This document shows, piece by piece, positions 9,630-19,459 of a stretch of DNA of 64,000 nucleotides. Source of the DNA: Aquificaceae bacterium (GTDB lineage: Bacteria > Aquificota > Aquificia > Aquificales > Aquificaceae); contig JBCNVD010000008.1 in the NCBI GenBank assembly GCA_039630345.1, positions 1 to 64,000 of the forward strand. The letters are read 5' to 3'. Within the stretch, counting starts at the first letter, position 1. Each line of letters starts with the position of its first letter. The position numbers were made by a program, and so were the translations under genes. The notes beneath the pieces were generated by a model that ran no database searches, was not told the origin of the DNA, and saw only the letters and a list, made by a program, of their open reading frames with translations.

Positions 9630-10067
9630 ATGGATAGAAGAAGCTTTATCCTGATGGGTGCTTCGGCTGGGCTCTTTGCCCTGATTAGCCCAAGGTATGC
9701 TTTTGCATCAAGCAAACTTGAAGAGGAAGTCCGAAAGCGCGTTGGTGTTTCTCTATCGCAAATCCAGCAAAGCGACCAGATTTCAATCAACGCCCCAACC
9801 ATAGCCGAATCCGGTGCTAACATACCTGTAACGGTTGAATCCACCATTCCTGCAGAGAGAGTGGAGCATCTCTGGGTCTTTGCAGACAAAAACCCGGTAC
9901 CCTGGATAACTGATGTTAAAATAACCCCCGCAAACGGGCAGGTTTATTTCTCAACCCGTATCAAAATGGGCGAGACCTCAAATGTTAGGGCAATTATGAA
10001 GCTAAAAGACGGCTCTCATATAATGAACTTTAAAGAGGTAAAAGTAACCGCAGGAGGTTGCGGATAA
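9630..10067 (+). CDS. soxY: Sulfur carrier protein SoxY
   Basis: Tat signal MDRRSFI, APTIAESGA, C-terminal VTAGGCG arm; AAGGAGG SD before ATG 9630. Confidence 0.95.
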   Translation: MDRRSFILMGASAGLFALISPRYAFASSKLEEEVRKRVGVSLSQIQQSDQISINAPTIAESGANIPVTVESTIPAERVEHLWVFADKNPVPWITDVKITPANGQVYFSTRIKMGETSNVRAIMKLKDGSHIMNFKEVKVTAGGCG

Positions 10068-10083
10068 TCAAGGAGGTTATGTT

Positions 10084-10410
10084 ATGTCAGTTGGCACGGG
10101 AATTTTAAGGGTTCCTTCAAATATCAAAAAGGGCGAAGTATTTAGAGTCCAGATGGTTATCACTCACCCCATGACCCCTCCAAGGCGTGACCCTCAAACA
10201 GGTCAGGAAGTGCCTCCTTATACCCTTACGAAGCTTGACCTTTTCTTCAACGACACACTTGTCTCCACAATCAATATGGGCGCAGGCGTTAGTGCAAACC
10301 CATTTATCGCAATTTCGATGGTCGCTCAGGACAATGGAGTTGTGAAAATCGTCTACGAAGATAACCGCGGCGGTAAGTGGGAAAAAACCGCAGAGCTAAA
10401 GGTTAGTTAG
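10084..10410 (+). CDS. soxZ: Sulfur carrier protein SoxZ
   Basis: ITHPM...RRD, VSANPF, DNRGG; follows soxY. Confidence 0.93.
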   Translation: MSVGTGILRVPSNIKKGEVFRVQMVITHPMTPPRRDPQTGQEVPPYTLTKLDLFFNDTLVSTINMGAGVSANPFIAISMVAQDNGVVKIVYEDNRGGKWEKTAELKVS

Positions 10411-10419
10411 GAGGCTTTC

Positions 10420-11241
10420 ATGAGGCGTTATTTAATATTAGGGGCTATTGTAAGTGTTGGGGCAGTGGTTGGGGGCAGCATCTACGCCCAGCAAGATCTA
10501 AGCCCTGAAGAGGAAATCAGGCTAATTCAGGAGTTTAACAGAATGCTCGCTGAGGGTGTAAACCCCGGCGAGGTCTGGTATGAAATTGGAAAAGACTCTG
10601 TAAAGAAATACAACCTTGATAAGTGCGACTTTGGCTTAGGACCCGGGGTTTTCAAAGGCGCCGCTGCACAGCTTCCTAGGTATTTTAAAGACGCAGGCAA
10701 AGTTATGGACCTTGAAACCCGCCTTGGCTGGTGTTTGCAAAAATACGCCAACATGAGCCAGGAAGAGGTTTTAAAATTCGTTCGCCAATGCTGGGGTAAA
10801 TCCGGAAACTGCGTCAGCGAATACGACGCTCTGGTTATGTTCTTAACCATGGAGTCAAACGGGTTTAAAATCTCTGTCGATACCAAAGACCCGAATGTCA
10901 AAAAGTTCTACGAAATTGGCAAGGCGGTCTATCAAACCCGCATAGGTCCTTGGGACTTTAACTGCGCAACCTGTCACGCAGGCAAACAGGAGGTTAGAAT
11001 CCGCGCAACCCGTCTCTGGAGTGCTGATAGAGGCGAAACCGGTCAAGCTGTTTATTACTTTCCAAAATACCTGGTAAGATGGGGTCTTCCAATGACTATG
11101 CACTATCGCTATGCAGAGTGCATCCGCCAGATGCGCTGGCCCGAGTTTATACCACACTCTGACCTTGCCGTGGCTCTATCAACCTACCTCTATGCAGAAT
11201 CAAACGGCACTGTCATAAAAGCCCCCGGGATTGGGAGGTAA
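10420..11241 (+). CDS. soxA: SoxA c-type cytochrome (monoheme type)
   Basis: Single CATCH, active-site CIRQMR, C-terminal APGIGR. Confidence 0.92.
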   Translation: MRRYLILGAIVSVGAVVGGSIYAQQDLSPEEEIRLIQEFNRMLAEGVNPGEVWYEIGKDSVKKYNLDKCDFGLGPGVFKGAAAQLPRYFKDAGKVMDLETRLGWCLQKYANMSQEEVLKFVRQCWGKSGNCVSEYDALVMFLTMESNGFKISVDTKDPNVKKFYEIGKAVYQTRIGPWDFNCATCHAGKQEVRIRATRLWSADRGETGQAVYYFPKYLVRWGLPMTMHYRYAECIRQMRWPEFIPHSDLAVALSTYLYAESNGTVIKAPGIGR

Positions 11242-11244
11242 AGT

Positions 11245-11913
11245 ATGAAAAGGACTGCTCTTTTACTTGCGCTGATGGCTTTTGGCTTTGGTCTGGCTCA
11301 GCAAAAAAAGCCCCAAAAACAGGCACAGCAGCAGAGCTCTTACCAAGAGGCAATTAAGGTCCTTGTGGGCGGTCTTTCTCAAGACCCTCGCTTTACATGG
11401 AAGTATCAGCAAGACGAAGCTCAGATAATCTGCTCTCAATACAAAAGCCGTGAAGCTATGCCGGCCCAGGCAGTTCAGAAAGTCATAGAACTCTCCTCAA
11501 AGTCCTTTAACTATCCCCAGTGGGGCATTTATATGGGGGATTGGAAAGAGGGTAAAAAACTTGTGGAATCCGCAAGAGGCGGCAGGTTTGCAAGTTATGG
11601 CTTTTCGGATAATCCAAACGACAAAGGCGGAAACTGCTATGCCTGCCACTTAATAGAAAAAGGTCAACCGGGTGGCACGATGGGACCAAACCTCTACCAG
11701 TATGGCAAGCGCTGGAACATAACAAAAGAAAACATGAGCACCCCACAGGCACTTGAGAGTATAAAAACGGTTTATCAAATTATTTATAACTCCTGGGCTT
11801 TGTTTCCATGCTCTTCAATGCCGAGATTTGGATATCACGGGAATCTCTCGCCCGAGGATATTGCAAACATAGTAGCTTTCTTGCTACATCCTGATTCGCC
11901 GGTGAACAAATGA
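11245..11913 (+). CDS. soxX: SoxX c-type cytochrome
   Basis: GGNCYACH, GTMGPNL, SMPRFG. Confidence 0.92.
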   Translation: MKRTALLLALMAFGFGLAQQKKPQKQAQQQSSYQEAIKVLVGGLSQDPRFTWKYQQDEAQIICSQYKSREAMPAQAVQKVIELSSKSFNYPQWGIYMGDWKEGKKLVESARGGRFASYGFSDNPNDKGGNCYACHLIEKGQPGGTMGPNLYQYGKRWNITKENMSTPQALESIKTVYQIIYNSWALFPCSSMPRFGYHGNLSPEDIANIVAFLLHPDSPVNK

Positions 11914-13628
11914 ATAGAAGAGAACTTATAAAGCTGACTGCTTTTGGTGCTCTTGGTCTTGCCTCGTTCCCTGCGCAGGCGAGGCGATTGAGTTTTGAAT
12001 CTTTGCTTGAGTTTAAACCCCTTGGCAATGTGACCCTTATTTTCACCTCTGACCTGCATGGACATCTGTCCCCGCTTTACTTTGCAGAGCCTATGAATTT
12101 GCTTGCTCCTGAACCTCTTAAGGGCACGCCGGGCTACCTGGCCGGAATGGATTTTCTAAACTATTACAAAATCAAACCCGGGACTGTGGAGGCTTACACG
12201 GGCTCTTGCGTAGGCTTTATAAAACTTGCAAAAACCTATGGCAAAACCGGCGGGGCTGCGCAGATTGCAAGCGTGATAAAGGCAATTGTCACCGAAAGGG
12301 GAAGAGATAGATGCCTGATCCTTGACGGTGGCGACACCTGGGTAACTTCGGGTATAGCTTTGCTTACCAAAGGTCTTGCGATAGTCGAGTGGCTTAACTA
12401 TGTTGGGTATGACTATATGGTCGGTCACTGGGATTTTACAGTGGGCAAAGAGCAGTTTCTTGACATAATAAAAAACCGCCTTAAGGCGAAGTTTGTCTCC
12501 TATAACATCTCAGAAGAGCCTTTTGGAGATTTGGTTTTTAAACCCTATGAAATTACCGAAAGAGGCGGGGTAAAAATAGGCATAATAGGGAGCTCCTTTC
12601 CCTATACCCCTCTTGCAAATCCAAGGGTCTATACCGAGGGCTGGAGCTTTGGCGTAAGACCTCAGGAGCTTCAAAATTATGTGGACGAGCTAAGACAAAA
12701 ACACAGAGTTGATTTGATAGTTTTGCTATCTCACGATGGACTTGCGCTTGACATTGCCCTCATGAGGCAAATCAAGGGCATAGATGTGGTAATAAGCGGC
12801 CACACCCATGATATTACCCCTGTGCCTGTGAAGGTAGGAGATACTCTAATTATCTCCCCGGGCTCTCATGGCAAGTTTGTGGGAAGACTTGACCTTGATG
12901 TCCAGGGTGGCAAAGTAAAAGACTTTAGGCTAAAGCTAATCCCTGTTCTTTCTGAGTATATACCCCAGGATAGAGGAGCTCTGGAGATAGTAAAGCGCGC
13001 TTACGCGCCACATCAAAAAGAGCTCTCTGAGGTTATAGGAACCACAGAGACCCTGCTTTACAAAAGAGATACTGTCTTTTCAACATGGGACAGGTTAATA
13101 GGTCAGGCTCTTTTTGAGCACTTCCAAGGAATAGATGCAGTTATGGCATCAACCTCTCCGGGTTTTCGCTGGGGAACGACCCTTTTACCAAATTCCCCAA
13201 TAAGGGTCGAAGATGTTTACAATGTCCTTGGCATGACCTATCCTGAGGTTTTTATAACCAAAAGAAAAGGCAAAGATCTGATAGCAACATGGGAAGATGT
13301 CGCGGATAATGTCTTTAATCCTAACCCGCTATATCAACAAGGTGGGGATATGTCAAGAATTTACGGCGTTGAGTATGAGCTAAAAATCAATGCCCGCCAG
13401 GGCGAGAGGATAAGAAATGTCAAAATAGGCGGTAAACCTCTAGAGCCAGAGAGAGAGTATCTGGTGGCAGTTTACGGCGGTCCACCACCAAACGTCCCGC
13501 CAGAAAAGGCCAATGTAAGGGAGATAGTTGTAAACTTCATTAGAAAGAAAAAATCCATCAAAATAGATACCACTCCAAATGTTAAAATTCTTGACCACAG
13601 TTATAACACTAGGTGCTACTGGTCATGA
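11910..13628 (+). CDS. soxB: Thiosulfohydrolase SoxB
   Basis: Tat signal, SDLHG, DGGDTW, GHWDF, SGHTHD, NPLYQQGGDM. Confidence 0.95.
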   Translation: MNRRELIKLTAFGALGLASFPAQARRLSFESLLEFKPLGNVTLIFTSDLHGHLSPLYFAEPMNLLAPEPLKGTPGYLAGMDFLNYYKIKPGTVEAYTGSCVGFIKLAKTYGKTGGAAQIASVIKAIVTERGRDRCLILDGGDTWVTSGIALLTKGLAIVEWLNYVGYDYMVGHWDFTVGKEQFLDIIKNRLKAKFVSYNISEEPFGDLVFKPYEITERGGVKIGIIGSSFPYTPLANPRVYTEGWSFGVRPQELQNYVDELRQKHRVDLIVLLSHDGLALDIALMRQIKGIDVVISGHTHDITPVPVKVGDTLIISPGSHGKFVGRLDLDVQGGKVKDFRLKLIPVLSEYIPQDRGALEIVKRAYAPHQKELSEVIGTTETLLYKRDTVFSTWDRLIGQALFEHFQGIDAVMASTSPGFRWGTTLLPNSPIRVEDVYNVLGMTYPEVFITKRKGKDLIATWEDVADNVFNPNPLYQQGGDMSRIYGVEYELKINARQGERIRNVKIGGKPLEPEREYLVAVYGGPPPNVPPEKANVREIVVNFIRKKKSIKIDTTPNVKILDHSYNTRCYWS

Positions 13629-14500
13629 TTAGGTTGCTGTTTTTGCTTATAATCCCTTTCATATCTGTTGCAATTGACCCTGCGCTGTTTTATAAAACCT
13701 ACACCCTTAAAGAAAAGGACTTTAAAAAAGCAGTCGAGAGTTTAAAGCAAAGCATGCAATCAAACGGTCTTTCTGTTGATAAGGTTCTGACGGTCTCTGA
13801 AGCAATCAAAGCCAGAAACAGCAACACAGACTTTGGCGACTATAGCATCATCTTTGGCTGCAATAGCCCAAAACTTCAGAGCATAACCTTAAAAGAACCT
13901 GCTCTTTTAAACCTTATCCCATGCAGTGTAGCAGTTTACAAAATAGGCAGTGACTCAGTTAAAGTAAGCATCCTCAATCACATGCCTTTGGTTGGAATGT
14001 ATAAGAGCTCTCTAACAGCTCAGGAAGTAAAAGAAATCGACACGACTTTTAAAAAGCTAAATATGGCAATTGCAAAGCTAAGTGCTAAAAATCCGCCTTC
14101 CCAAAAAATGCCATCCAGAGCTTTCAAAGAAAATCTGGTGAAAGAATTCGAGCTAAAAGGACTTGACTACGATAGCGCAAAGACGCTCCTTAAGACATCT
14201 TTGGATGGGGTTAATATGAACGTGCTTGATGTTTTAGAACCTTCAAAAAACCTCAGCGTCTTTCTTGCGTGTAATTTAAGCTACGGAGAAGAAATTCTTA
14301 AAAAGATGCCAGAATTTGGCACTTTCGCACCCTGCAGGGTTTATCTAATATCTTCCGAAAAGGGCCTTAGGGTTGGATTTTTAAACATCCCGGCTTTGCT
14401 AAATCTCTTTTCAGCTCACCTCTCTGAAAAAGAAAAGGAGATATTCCGAAAAGCCTACAGCGACATGCTTCAGGCTTACAAAGATACTTCAGGTCAGTAA
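13625..14500 (+). CDS. Exported tandem DUF302-like protein
   Basis: Signal peptide; two units each with C-N and PC-x-V motifs (GCN...IPCSVAVY; ACN...APCRVY); ATGA overlap with soxB. Confidence 0.7.
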   Translation: MIRLLFLLIIPFISVAIDPALFYKTYTLKEKDFKKAVESLKQSMQSNGLSVDKVLTVSEAIKARNSNTDFGDYSIIFGCNSPKLQSITLKEPALLNLIPCSVAVYKIGSDSVKVSILNHMPLVGMYKSSLTAQEVKEIDTTFKKLNMAIAKLSAKNPPSQKMPSRAFKENLVKEFELKGLDYDSAKTLLKTSLDGVNMNVLDVLEPSKNLSVFLACNLSYGEEILKKMPEFGTFAPCRVYLISSEKGLRVGFLNIPALLNLFSAHLSEKEKEIFRKAYSDMLQAYKDTSGQ

Positions 14501-14901
14501 AGGTAAGTAGCCTCTACACCTATGCAGGCGTTATAGATGATATTTAACCTGTTTGAGTATTCCTCTATCAAATCCATATCTTCTGAGCCGGGCTGAAGCC
14601 AGACATATTTAACTGAGAGCCTAATCGCGTCTTCCAAAACAGGTCTTAAGTGCTTTGGGTTTCTAAAGACATTTAAAATATCTATGGGCTCTTTTATATC
14701 ATCAAGAGATTGTAAAACCTCAATTCCATGAATAGTTTCGCCGGCATACTTTGGATTAACAAGGTAAACTTTGTGCTTTTTTGTGTTAATTAGCTTTAGG
14801 CTTACTCCGTAAGATGGGCGCTCGGGGTCTTTTGAAATGCCAAGTATTGCGACGACCTTTGAAGACTTTAAAACCTCAAGGGCTTTTTCTGAGTGCTCCA
14901 T
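14494..14901 (-). CDS. CoA-binding protein (YccU-like)
   Basis: VAILGISKDPERPS, VNP, NVFR, VWLQPG. Confidence 0.9.
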   Translation of the reverse strand: MEHSEKALEVLKSSKVVAILGISKDPERPSYGVSLKLINTKKHKVYLVNPKYAGETIHGIEVLQSLDDIKEPIDILNVFRNPKHLRPVLEDAIRLSVKYVWLQPGSEDMDLIEEYSNRLNIIYNACIGVEATYLY

Positions 14902-14923
14902 TTTTTAAATTATAAGGGGGCTT

Positions 14924-14942
14924 GCGGGGGCAAAGCCCCCGC
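14924..14942. repeat. GC-rich palindrome GCGGGGGC-AAA-GCCCCCGC in a divergent intergenic region
   Basis: Perfect 8-bp inverted repeat. Confidence 0.7.
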
Positions 14943-14957
14943 GCTTAAATATTTTTT

Positions 14958-17366
14958 ATGAAAAAAATCAATGAGGAGGTGGAGCTATTTTTTGAAGGTC
15001 AAAAGCCTGCACTCCTTGGGGAGGGCTTTAGCTGGAGCTATGATGAGCTATTTAAAAGAGCCTGCGGGGTTAGCGAAAGAGTTAAAAAAGGCAGGATATT
15101 GATATTTGCAGAGAATAGCCCTGAGTGGGTTGCGGGGCTGATTGGAATCTGGCTCTCGGGCGGGGTTGCGGTCCCGGTGGATGTTTTATCAAGTGAAAGA
15201 GAGCTCTCATTTATTGCAAAAGATTGCGAGCCTGAGATGGTAATTTGCAGCAAAAATACGCTCGCTCTGGCAAGGTCTATAGGTGTAGAGACTCTCATTC
15301 TTGAAGAGATTGCCAAGATTAAAGAGCCAAGAGCCACAAGAAGAAGCCTTTCAGAGCCTGCGGTTATTTTATACACTTCAGGCACCACGGGAAGACCAAG
15401 GGGTGTGGTTTTGAGCTTTTTTAACCTCCTTTCAAATGCAGAGGCGGTTGCAAAGACCGGCATTGCAGGTCCTGAGGACAAAACTTTGGCGCTTTTGCCT
15501 TTTCATCATTCCTATCCTCTTATGGTGACGCTGATTTTGCCTCTTTATCTTGGAGCAAGCATAGTCTTTCCAAAGGCTCAGTCTTCTGAAGAGATTCAGA
15601 GAGCTCTTAAAGAGTTTGGAGTTAGCGTCCTTGTTGGGGTTCCAAGGCTTTATGAGCTTATGGCTCTTAGGTTAAAATCCAGAGTTCTTGAAAATCCGCT
15701 TGGGAGGGTCTTTTACTATCTGTCGCCTGCTTTGCCAAGGGCTATTAGAAAGCTTCTATTTTCGCGCGTTCACAGGGCTTTTGGGGGCAAGCTCAGGTTT
15801 ATGGTAAGTGGCGGTGCAAAATTGTCTTTGGAGGCTTACAGGGTTTTGTCAAACCTTGGTTTTGAGGTGCTTGAAGGTTATGGACTTTCTGAAACCTCGC
15901 CGATAGTTAGTTTTAACCGCCCGGGAAGGGCAATTCCGGGTTCTGTGGGTGAAGTTATAGATGGCACAGAGGTAAAGATATCAAAAGAGGGCGAGGTTTT
16001 AATAAAAGGACCAAACGTTATGGTTGGCTACTGGAAAGACCCCGAGGCGACAAAAAGTGTCATAAAAGAAGGCTGGCTTCATACAGGAGACATTGGAAGA
16101 ATCCAGAACGGATATTTATTTATTGAAGGTAGACTCAAAGAGGTTCTTGTGCTTTCAGGCGGTAAGAAGGTTATGCCAGAAGAAATCGAAGGGCTTTTAT
16201 ATAAAGCTGGAGAGGGGCTTTTGAAAGAGGTTGGGGTTTTTGAGTTAGATGGCGTTTTGCACGCAATTTTGGTGCCTGATATTGAATCTGTTGATAGAGC
16301 CGGGATTTTAAACATAGAGGAGTTTTTTAGATGGAAAGTAATTGACAGAGTCAATCAGACCTTGCCTGAATTTAAAAGAATAAGGGGCTTTAAGCTCTAT
16401 TCTGGCGAGCTTGAAAGGACGCGCCTTGGCAAATTAAGAAGGTTTAAGTTGCCAGAGATTTATAAAGCTGCATCTGAGGTCAGAGCCTTGCAAAAAGAGG
16501 TAGCAAAAGGACCTGTAGGGGATTTTCTCAAAACGCTTACTGGAAGAGAGGTTTATCTTGACGAGCATCTTGAGCTGGACCTCGGGCTTGACTCTCTTGC
16601 AAAGGTAGAGCTTCTTTCTTTTATAGAAAAAACTTACGGCATTGACCTGGAAGAGGAGATAAAAGGCTCATGGAAGGTTCTGGATGTTATAAAAGCTATT
16701 GAAAAGGGGGATAAAAGGAGTTCTTTAAAAGAAGAGATTGAATTTTCTGATGCTGACTTTAAGTTTTTCTTAGGAAGAGCGTTGCTAAAGGGTTTTTTTA
16801 AACTCTATAATCGCCTTGAAGTTAAGCTAATTGAGTTTCCGAAAGAGCCTTTTATAATAGTAGCCAATCATGCAAGTTATGTTGATGGCTTTGTTATAGC
16901 GGCAAGTTTGCCAGAGCATGTTGCCAGAAAGGTCTATTTCTTAGGCGCAAGAGAGCATTTCACAGGCCGATTTAGAAAATCATTTGGCAAAATGGCAAGG
17001 GTCATAACGATAGATACCCAAAAAGACCCTAAATCAGCCCTGTCAAATTTAGAGAGAGCTCTAAAGAGCTCTTACGTTGTGGTTATCTTTCCAGAGGGTG
17101 CAAGGAGCAGGGATTCTAACCTCTTGCCTTTTAAAAGAGGCTTTGCCACGCTTGCGGTAAGTCTTGGTGTTAAGGTCGTGCCTGCTACGATAGTTGGCTC
17201 TTTTGAGGTGCTATCCTGGAAAGATAAGTTTTTAAAGCCGGCGAAGCTAAAGGTTATCTTTAGCCCGCCTGTTGAGCCAAAAGACGAAGAGAGCCTTATT
17301 GAGGCGGTTGTTAAGCAAATAAAGTCAGAGCTTGATAAAAACCGCGCTCAATCGGTTTCGGTGTGA
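14958..17366 (+). CDS. Acyl-CoA/ACP synthetase + ACP + PlsC-type acyltransferase fusion (Aas-like)
   Basis: YTSGTTG, GYGLSE, TGD; ACP LGLDSL; NHASYVD and FPEG. Confidence 0.9.
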   Translation: MKKINEEVELFFEGQKPALLGEGFSWSYDELFKRACGVSERVKKGRILIFAENSPEWVAGLIGIWLSGGVAVPVDVLSSERELSFIAKDCEPEMVICSKNTLALARSIGVETLILEEIAKIKEPRATRRSLSEPAVILYTSGTTGRPRGVVLSFFNLLSNAEAVAKTGIAGPEDKTLALLPFHHSYPLMVTLILPLYLGASIVFPKAQSSEEIQRALKEFGVSVLVGVPRLYELMALRLKSRVLENPLGRVFYYLSPALPRAIRKLLFSRVHRAFGGKLRFMVSGGAKLSLEAYRVLSNLGFEVLEGYGLSETSPIVSFNRPGRAIPGSVGEVIDGTEVKISKEGEVLIKGPNVMVGYWKDPEATKSVIKEGWLHTGDIGRIQNGYLFIEGRLKEVLVLSGGKKVMPEEIEGLLYKAGEGLLKEVGVFELDGVLHAILVPDIESVDRAGILNIEEFFRWKVIDRVNQTLPEFKRIRGFKLYSGELERTRLGKLRRFKLPEIYKAASEVRALQKEVAKGPVGDFLKTLTGREVYLDEHLELDLGLDSLAKVELLSFIEKTYGIDLEEEIKGSWKVLDVIKAIEKGDKRSSLKEEIEFSDADFKFFLGRALLKGFFKLYNRLEVKLIEFPKEPFIIVANHASYVDGFVIAASLPEHVARKVYFLGAREHFTGRFRKSFGKMARVITIDTQKDPKSALSNLERALKSSYVVVIFPEGARSRDSNLLPFKRGFATLAVSLGVKVVPATIVGSFEVLSWKDKFLKPAKLKVIFSPPVEPKDEESLIEAVVKQIKSELDKNRAQSVSV

Positions 17367-18493
17367 TGCTCTTCGCCTGTTGGGGCTTTTTTGCCCTCTT
17401 CCAGTTCGTAAAACCTACCCTCTAACTTCTCAAGAACTTTTGGCAAGGTGGTGTATTCCATCTCTTCGGCTGGCAACCTGTGAGGCTCGAATATGCCCTG
17501 CCTGCGAAGGATGTTGGCAATCTCTAAGGCCTTTGACCTTGCCTGATTAAATCCCGGGTCTTCAAAGAGGTCTCTTGGACCGATGAGCTTGCCGTTTGAT
17601 AGTTGATACCCGGCTGCTATCACCCTTGGGGGACCATCAAACCTAGAGGGGGTAGCGTCTTTAAATCCAACCGGCATCAAAGGACCGTTGTGAGAGCCTC
17701 TCATCCAGCCTTCTACTATCCATGGCCTTGCAAAGGGTTCTAAAACTTCGCCAACTGCGGGAAAGCCAGACTGGGCTCTAACTACCATCACAGGGTCGTC
17801 TTTTCCGACATACTTACCCGCTATCAAAGACAGCCTCTGGGTTGAGGCAACTGCGCCTATTTCGCCGTCGAAGTTTCTATAAACCGCCTTTACGGCGTAT
17901 CTTCCAACAGAGCTTATAAGTGCAAGAAGGTCATACAGCTCTGAAGGGGTTGAGAGCTTAACAGCTTTGCCCGTAAAGGTATCCAGAACCTCGAAGGTAA
18001 AACCTTCGTGCATCTTTGGGTCTATTACAAGACCTGCACAGACCATGGGGTCTGCAAACATCTCATAAAGGGGTAGATTCCATGCGCTTGGCGAGGTTTT
18101 ATCCGCAAAAAACACTATAACAGGCTCTGAAGGGCGCTCTATAAATTCCATTTCCGCAACGCCAGGACCAAGACCTTTTACATTTCCTGAAAAGCTATCT
18201 ACCAAAAGATCCTGACCTGCGCCATATAGCTTTAATTTTTTTGCAACATTTGTGCCCTCTTCAAAGGCTTTCCACGCAATTTCGTGCACTATTGGGCTAT
18301 CAACGCCATGCTCGTGCGTCATAACGATTGCAATGTCGTCTCCGCAAATTAGAGTTTGAGCATCAATTAGAGTGCCTTCTTTTACTTTTGAGAGGGCTAT
18401 CTCCTCAACTTTTTTAACCACCTCTGGATGTGCGCTTGAATGACCTACATATCCTCCGATGTCGGCTTTAATCACGCTCAAAGTGAGCTTCAT
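17348..18493 (-). CDS. fbp: Fructose-1,6-bisphosphate aldolase/phosphatase (class V, archaeal type)
   Basis: SVIKADIGGYVGH, LYGAGQDLL, YVGKDDP, GWMRGSH, EMEYTTL. Confidence 0.96.
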   Translation of the reverse strand: MKLTLSVIKADIGGYVGHSSAHPEVVKKVEEIALSKVKEGTLIDAQTLICGDDIAIVMTHEHGVDSPIVHEIAWKAFEEGTNVAKKLKLYGAGQDLLVDSFSGNVKGLGPGVAEMEFIERPSEPVIVFFADKTSPSAWNLPLYEMFADPMVCAGLVIDPKMHEGFTFEVLDTFTGKAVKLSTPSELYDLLALISSVGRYAVKAVYRNFDGEIGAVASTQRLSLIAGKYVGKDDPVMVVRAQSGFPAVGEVLEPFARPWIVEGWMRGSHNGPLMPVGFKDATPSRFDGPPRVIAAGYQLSNGKLIGPRDLFEDPGFNQARSKALEIANILRRQGIFEPHRLPAEEMEYTTLPKVLEKLEGRFYELEEGKKAPTGEEHHTETD

Positions 18494-18515
18494 TTCTCTC
18501 CTCCTTCAAAGCTTA

Positions 18516-18887
18516 TTATAAGCCTTCCGGAGTGAGACCTCTCTGGGATTTTATGAGCTCTTCGAGCTGTTTCTGACTTAGATTACCCTCTATTAAAAAG
18601 CTACCACTCTGTGAAGGTCCTGAGATGGTGAGGCTATTGTCTTTTAAAAACTTCTCAAGCTCGCCAAATTTGACATCCTTTTGTATTTTTACCTCGATCC
18701 CTGCGGACATTGGCTTATATTCGTCTTTTGGGTATATGAATACAAAAACCATCAAGAGGTTGCTAGCAACCAAAGCAAGCGACAGCTTTTTCCAGCGACT
18801 TACCCGCTCTTTGTGAATTTTTTTCAAGGTTGCACCAAGGACTGAGGGCGGGGTGATTTCAAACGCTTGCTTGATTTGTTCTTTCAT
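18516..18887 (-). CDS. Putative single-TM anti-sigma factor
   Basis: Directly downstream of and overlapping the ECF sigma gene; short cytoplasmic N-terminus, one TM, small external domain. Confidence 0.65.
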   Translation of the reverse strand: MKEQIKQAFEITPPSVLGATLKKIHKERVSRWKKLSLALVASNLLMVFVFIYPKDEYKPMSAGIEVKIQKDVKFGELEKFLKDNSLTISGPSQSGSFLIEGNLSQKQLEELIKSQRGLTPEGL

Positions 18888-19392
18888 GGCTTAAAATCTC
18901 CTTTAATTTTCTCTTTGCGTTGAAAACACGCGTTTTGACGGTGTTTTCGGGTATTTTCAGCAGAGTCGCTATGCTTTTGTAATCCATCTCCTCGTAAAAG
19001 ACAAGATAGAGAATCTCGCGCTGGATGGGTGAGAGTTTTGTAAGTGCCTGACGGATTTCCTCCACGGTGGCACTTAATTCCTGCTCCTCTGAAGGGTTGA
19101 ATACAGCGTCGCTTTCTAAAAGCTCCTGAAAGTGAAATTTCTTCTTGCGAAGGTGATTTAGACATAGATTTCTTGCTATACCGAAAATCCACGTTGTTGG
19201 AGTTGAGAGATTTTTGAAATTTGATGCGCTTTTCCATATTTGAAAAAACACATCTGAGGTTATTTCTTCCGCATCTTCGTAGTTTCCAACCAGAGAAAAG
19301 CAATAGGAGAACACTCTTTTTTGCATTATGTTGATAAGTTCCACGAGTGCTGACTCTTCTCCCTTTGCTATTCTCTGGATAATTTCCTGCAT
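18859..19392 (-). CDS. ECF RNA polymerase sigma factor
   Basis: DAEEITSDVF, WIFGIARNLCLNHLR, IPENTVKTRVFNAK. Confidence 0.95.
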   Translation of the reverse strand: MQEIIQRIAKGEESALVELINIMQKRVFSYCFSLVGNYEDAEEITSDVFFQIWKSASNFKNLSTPTTWIFGIARNLCLNHLRKKKFHFQELLESDAVFNPSEEQELSATVEEIRQALTKLSPIQREILYLVFYEEMDYKSIATLLKIPENTVKTRVFNAKRKLKEILSHERTNQASV

Positions 19393-19459
19393 GGCGCATA
19401 TTTTAAACCTCTATATGGTCTGTGGCTTTGAGTTTAAGAAAGGTTCTATACTTTAATCT

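Noticed and set aside
18884..19399. 171-aa alternative-frame ORF over the ECF sigma gene
   Set aside because: Same-strand overlap of a clear sigma factor with no motif; its stop abuts the anti-sigma start, but nothing else supports it
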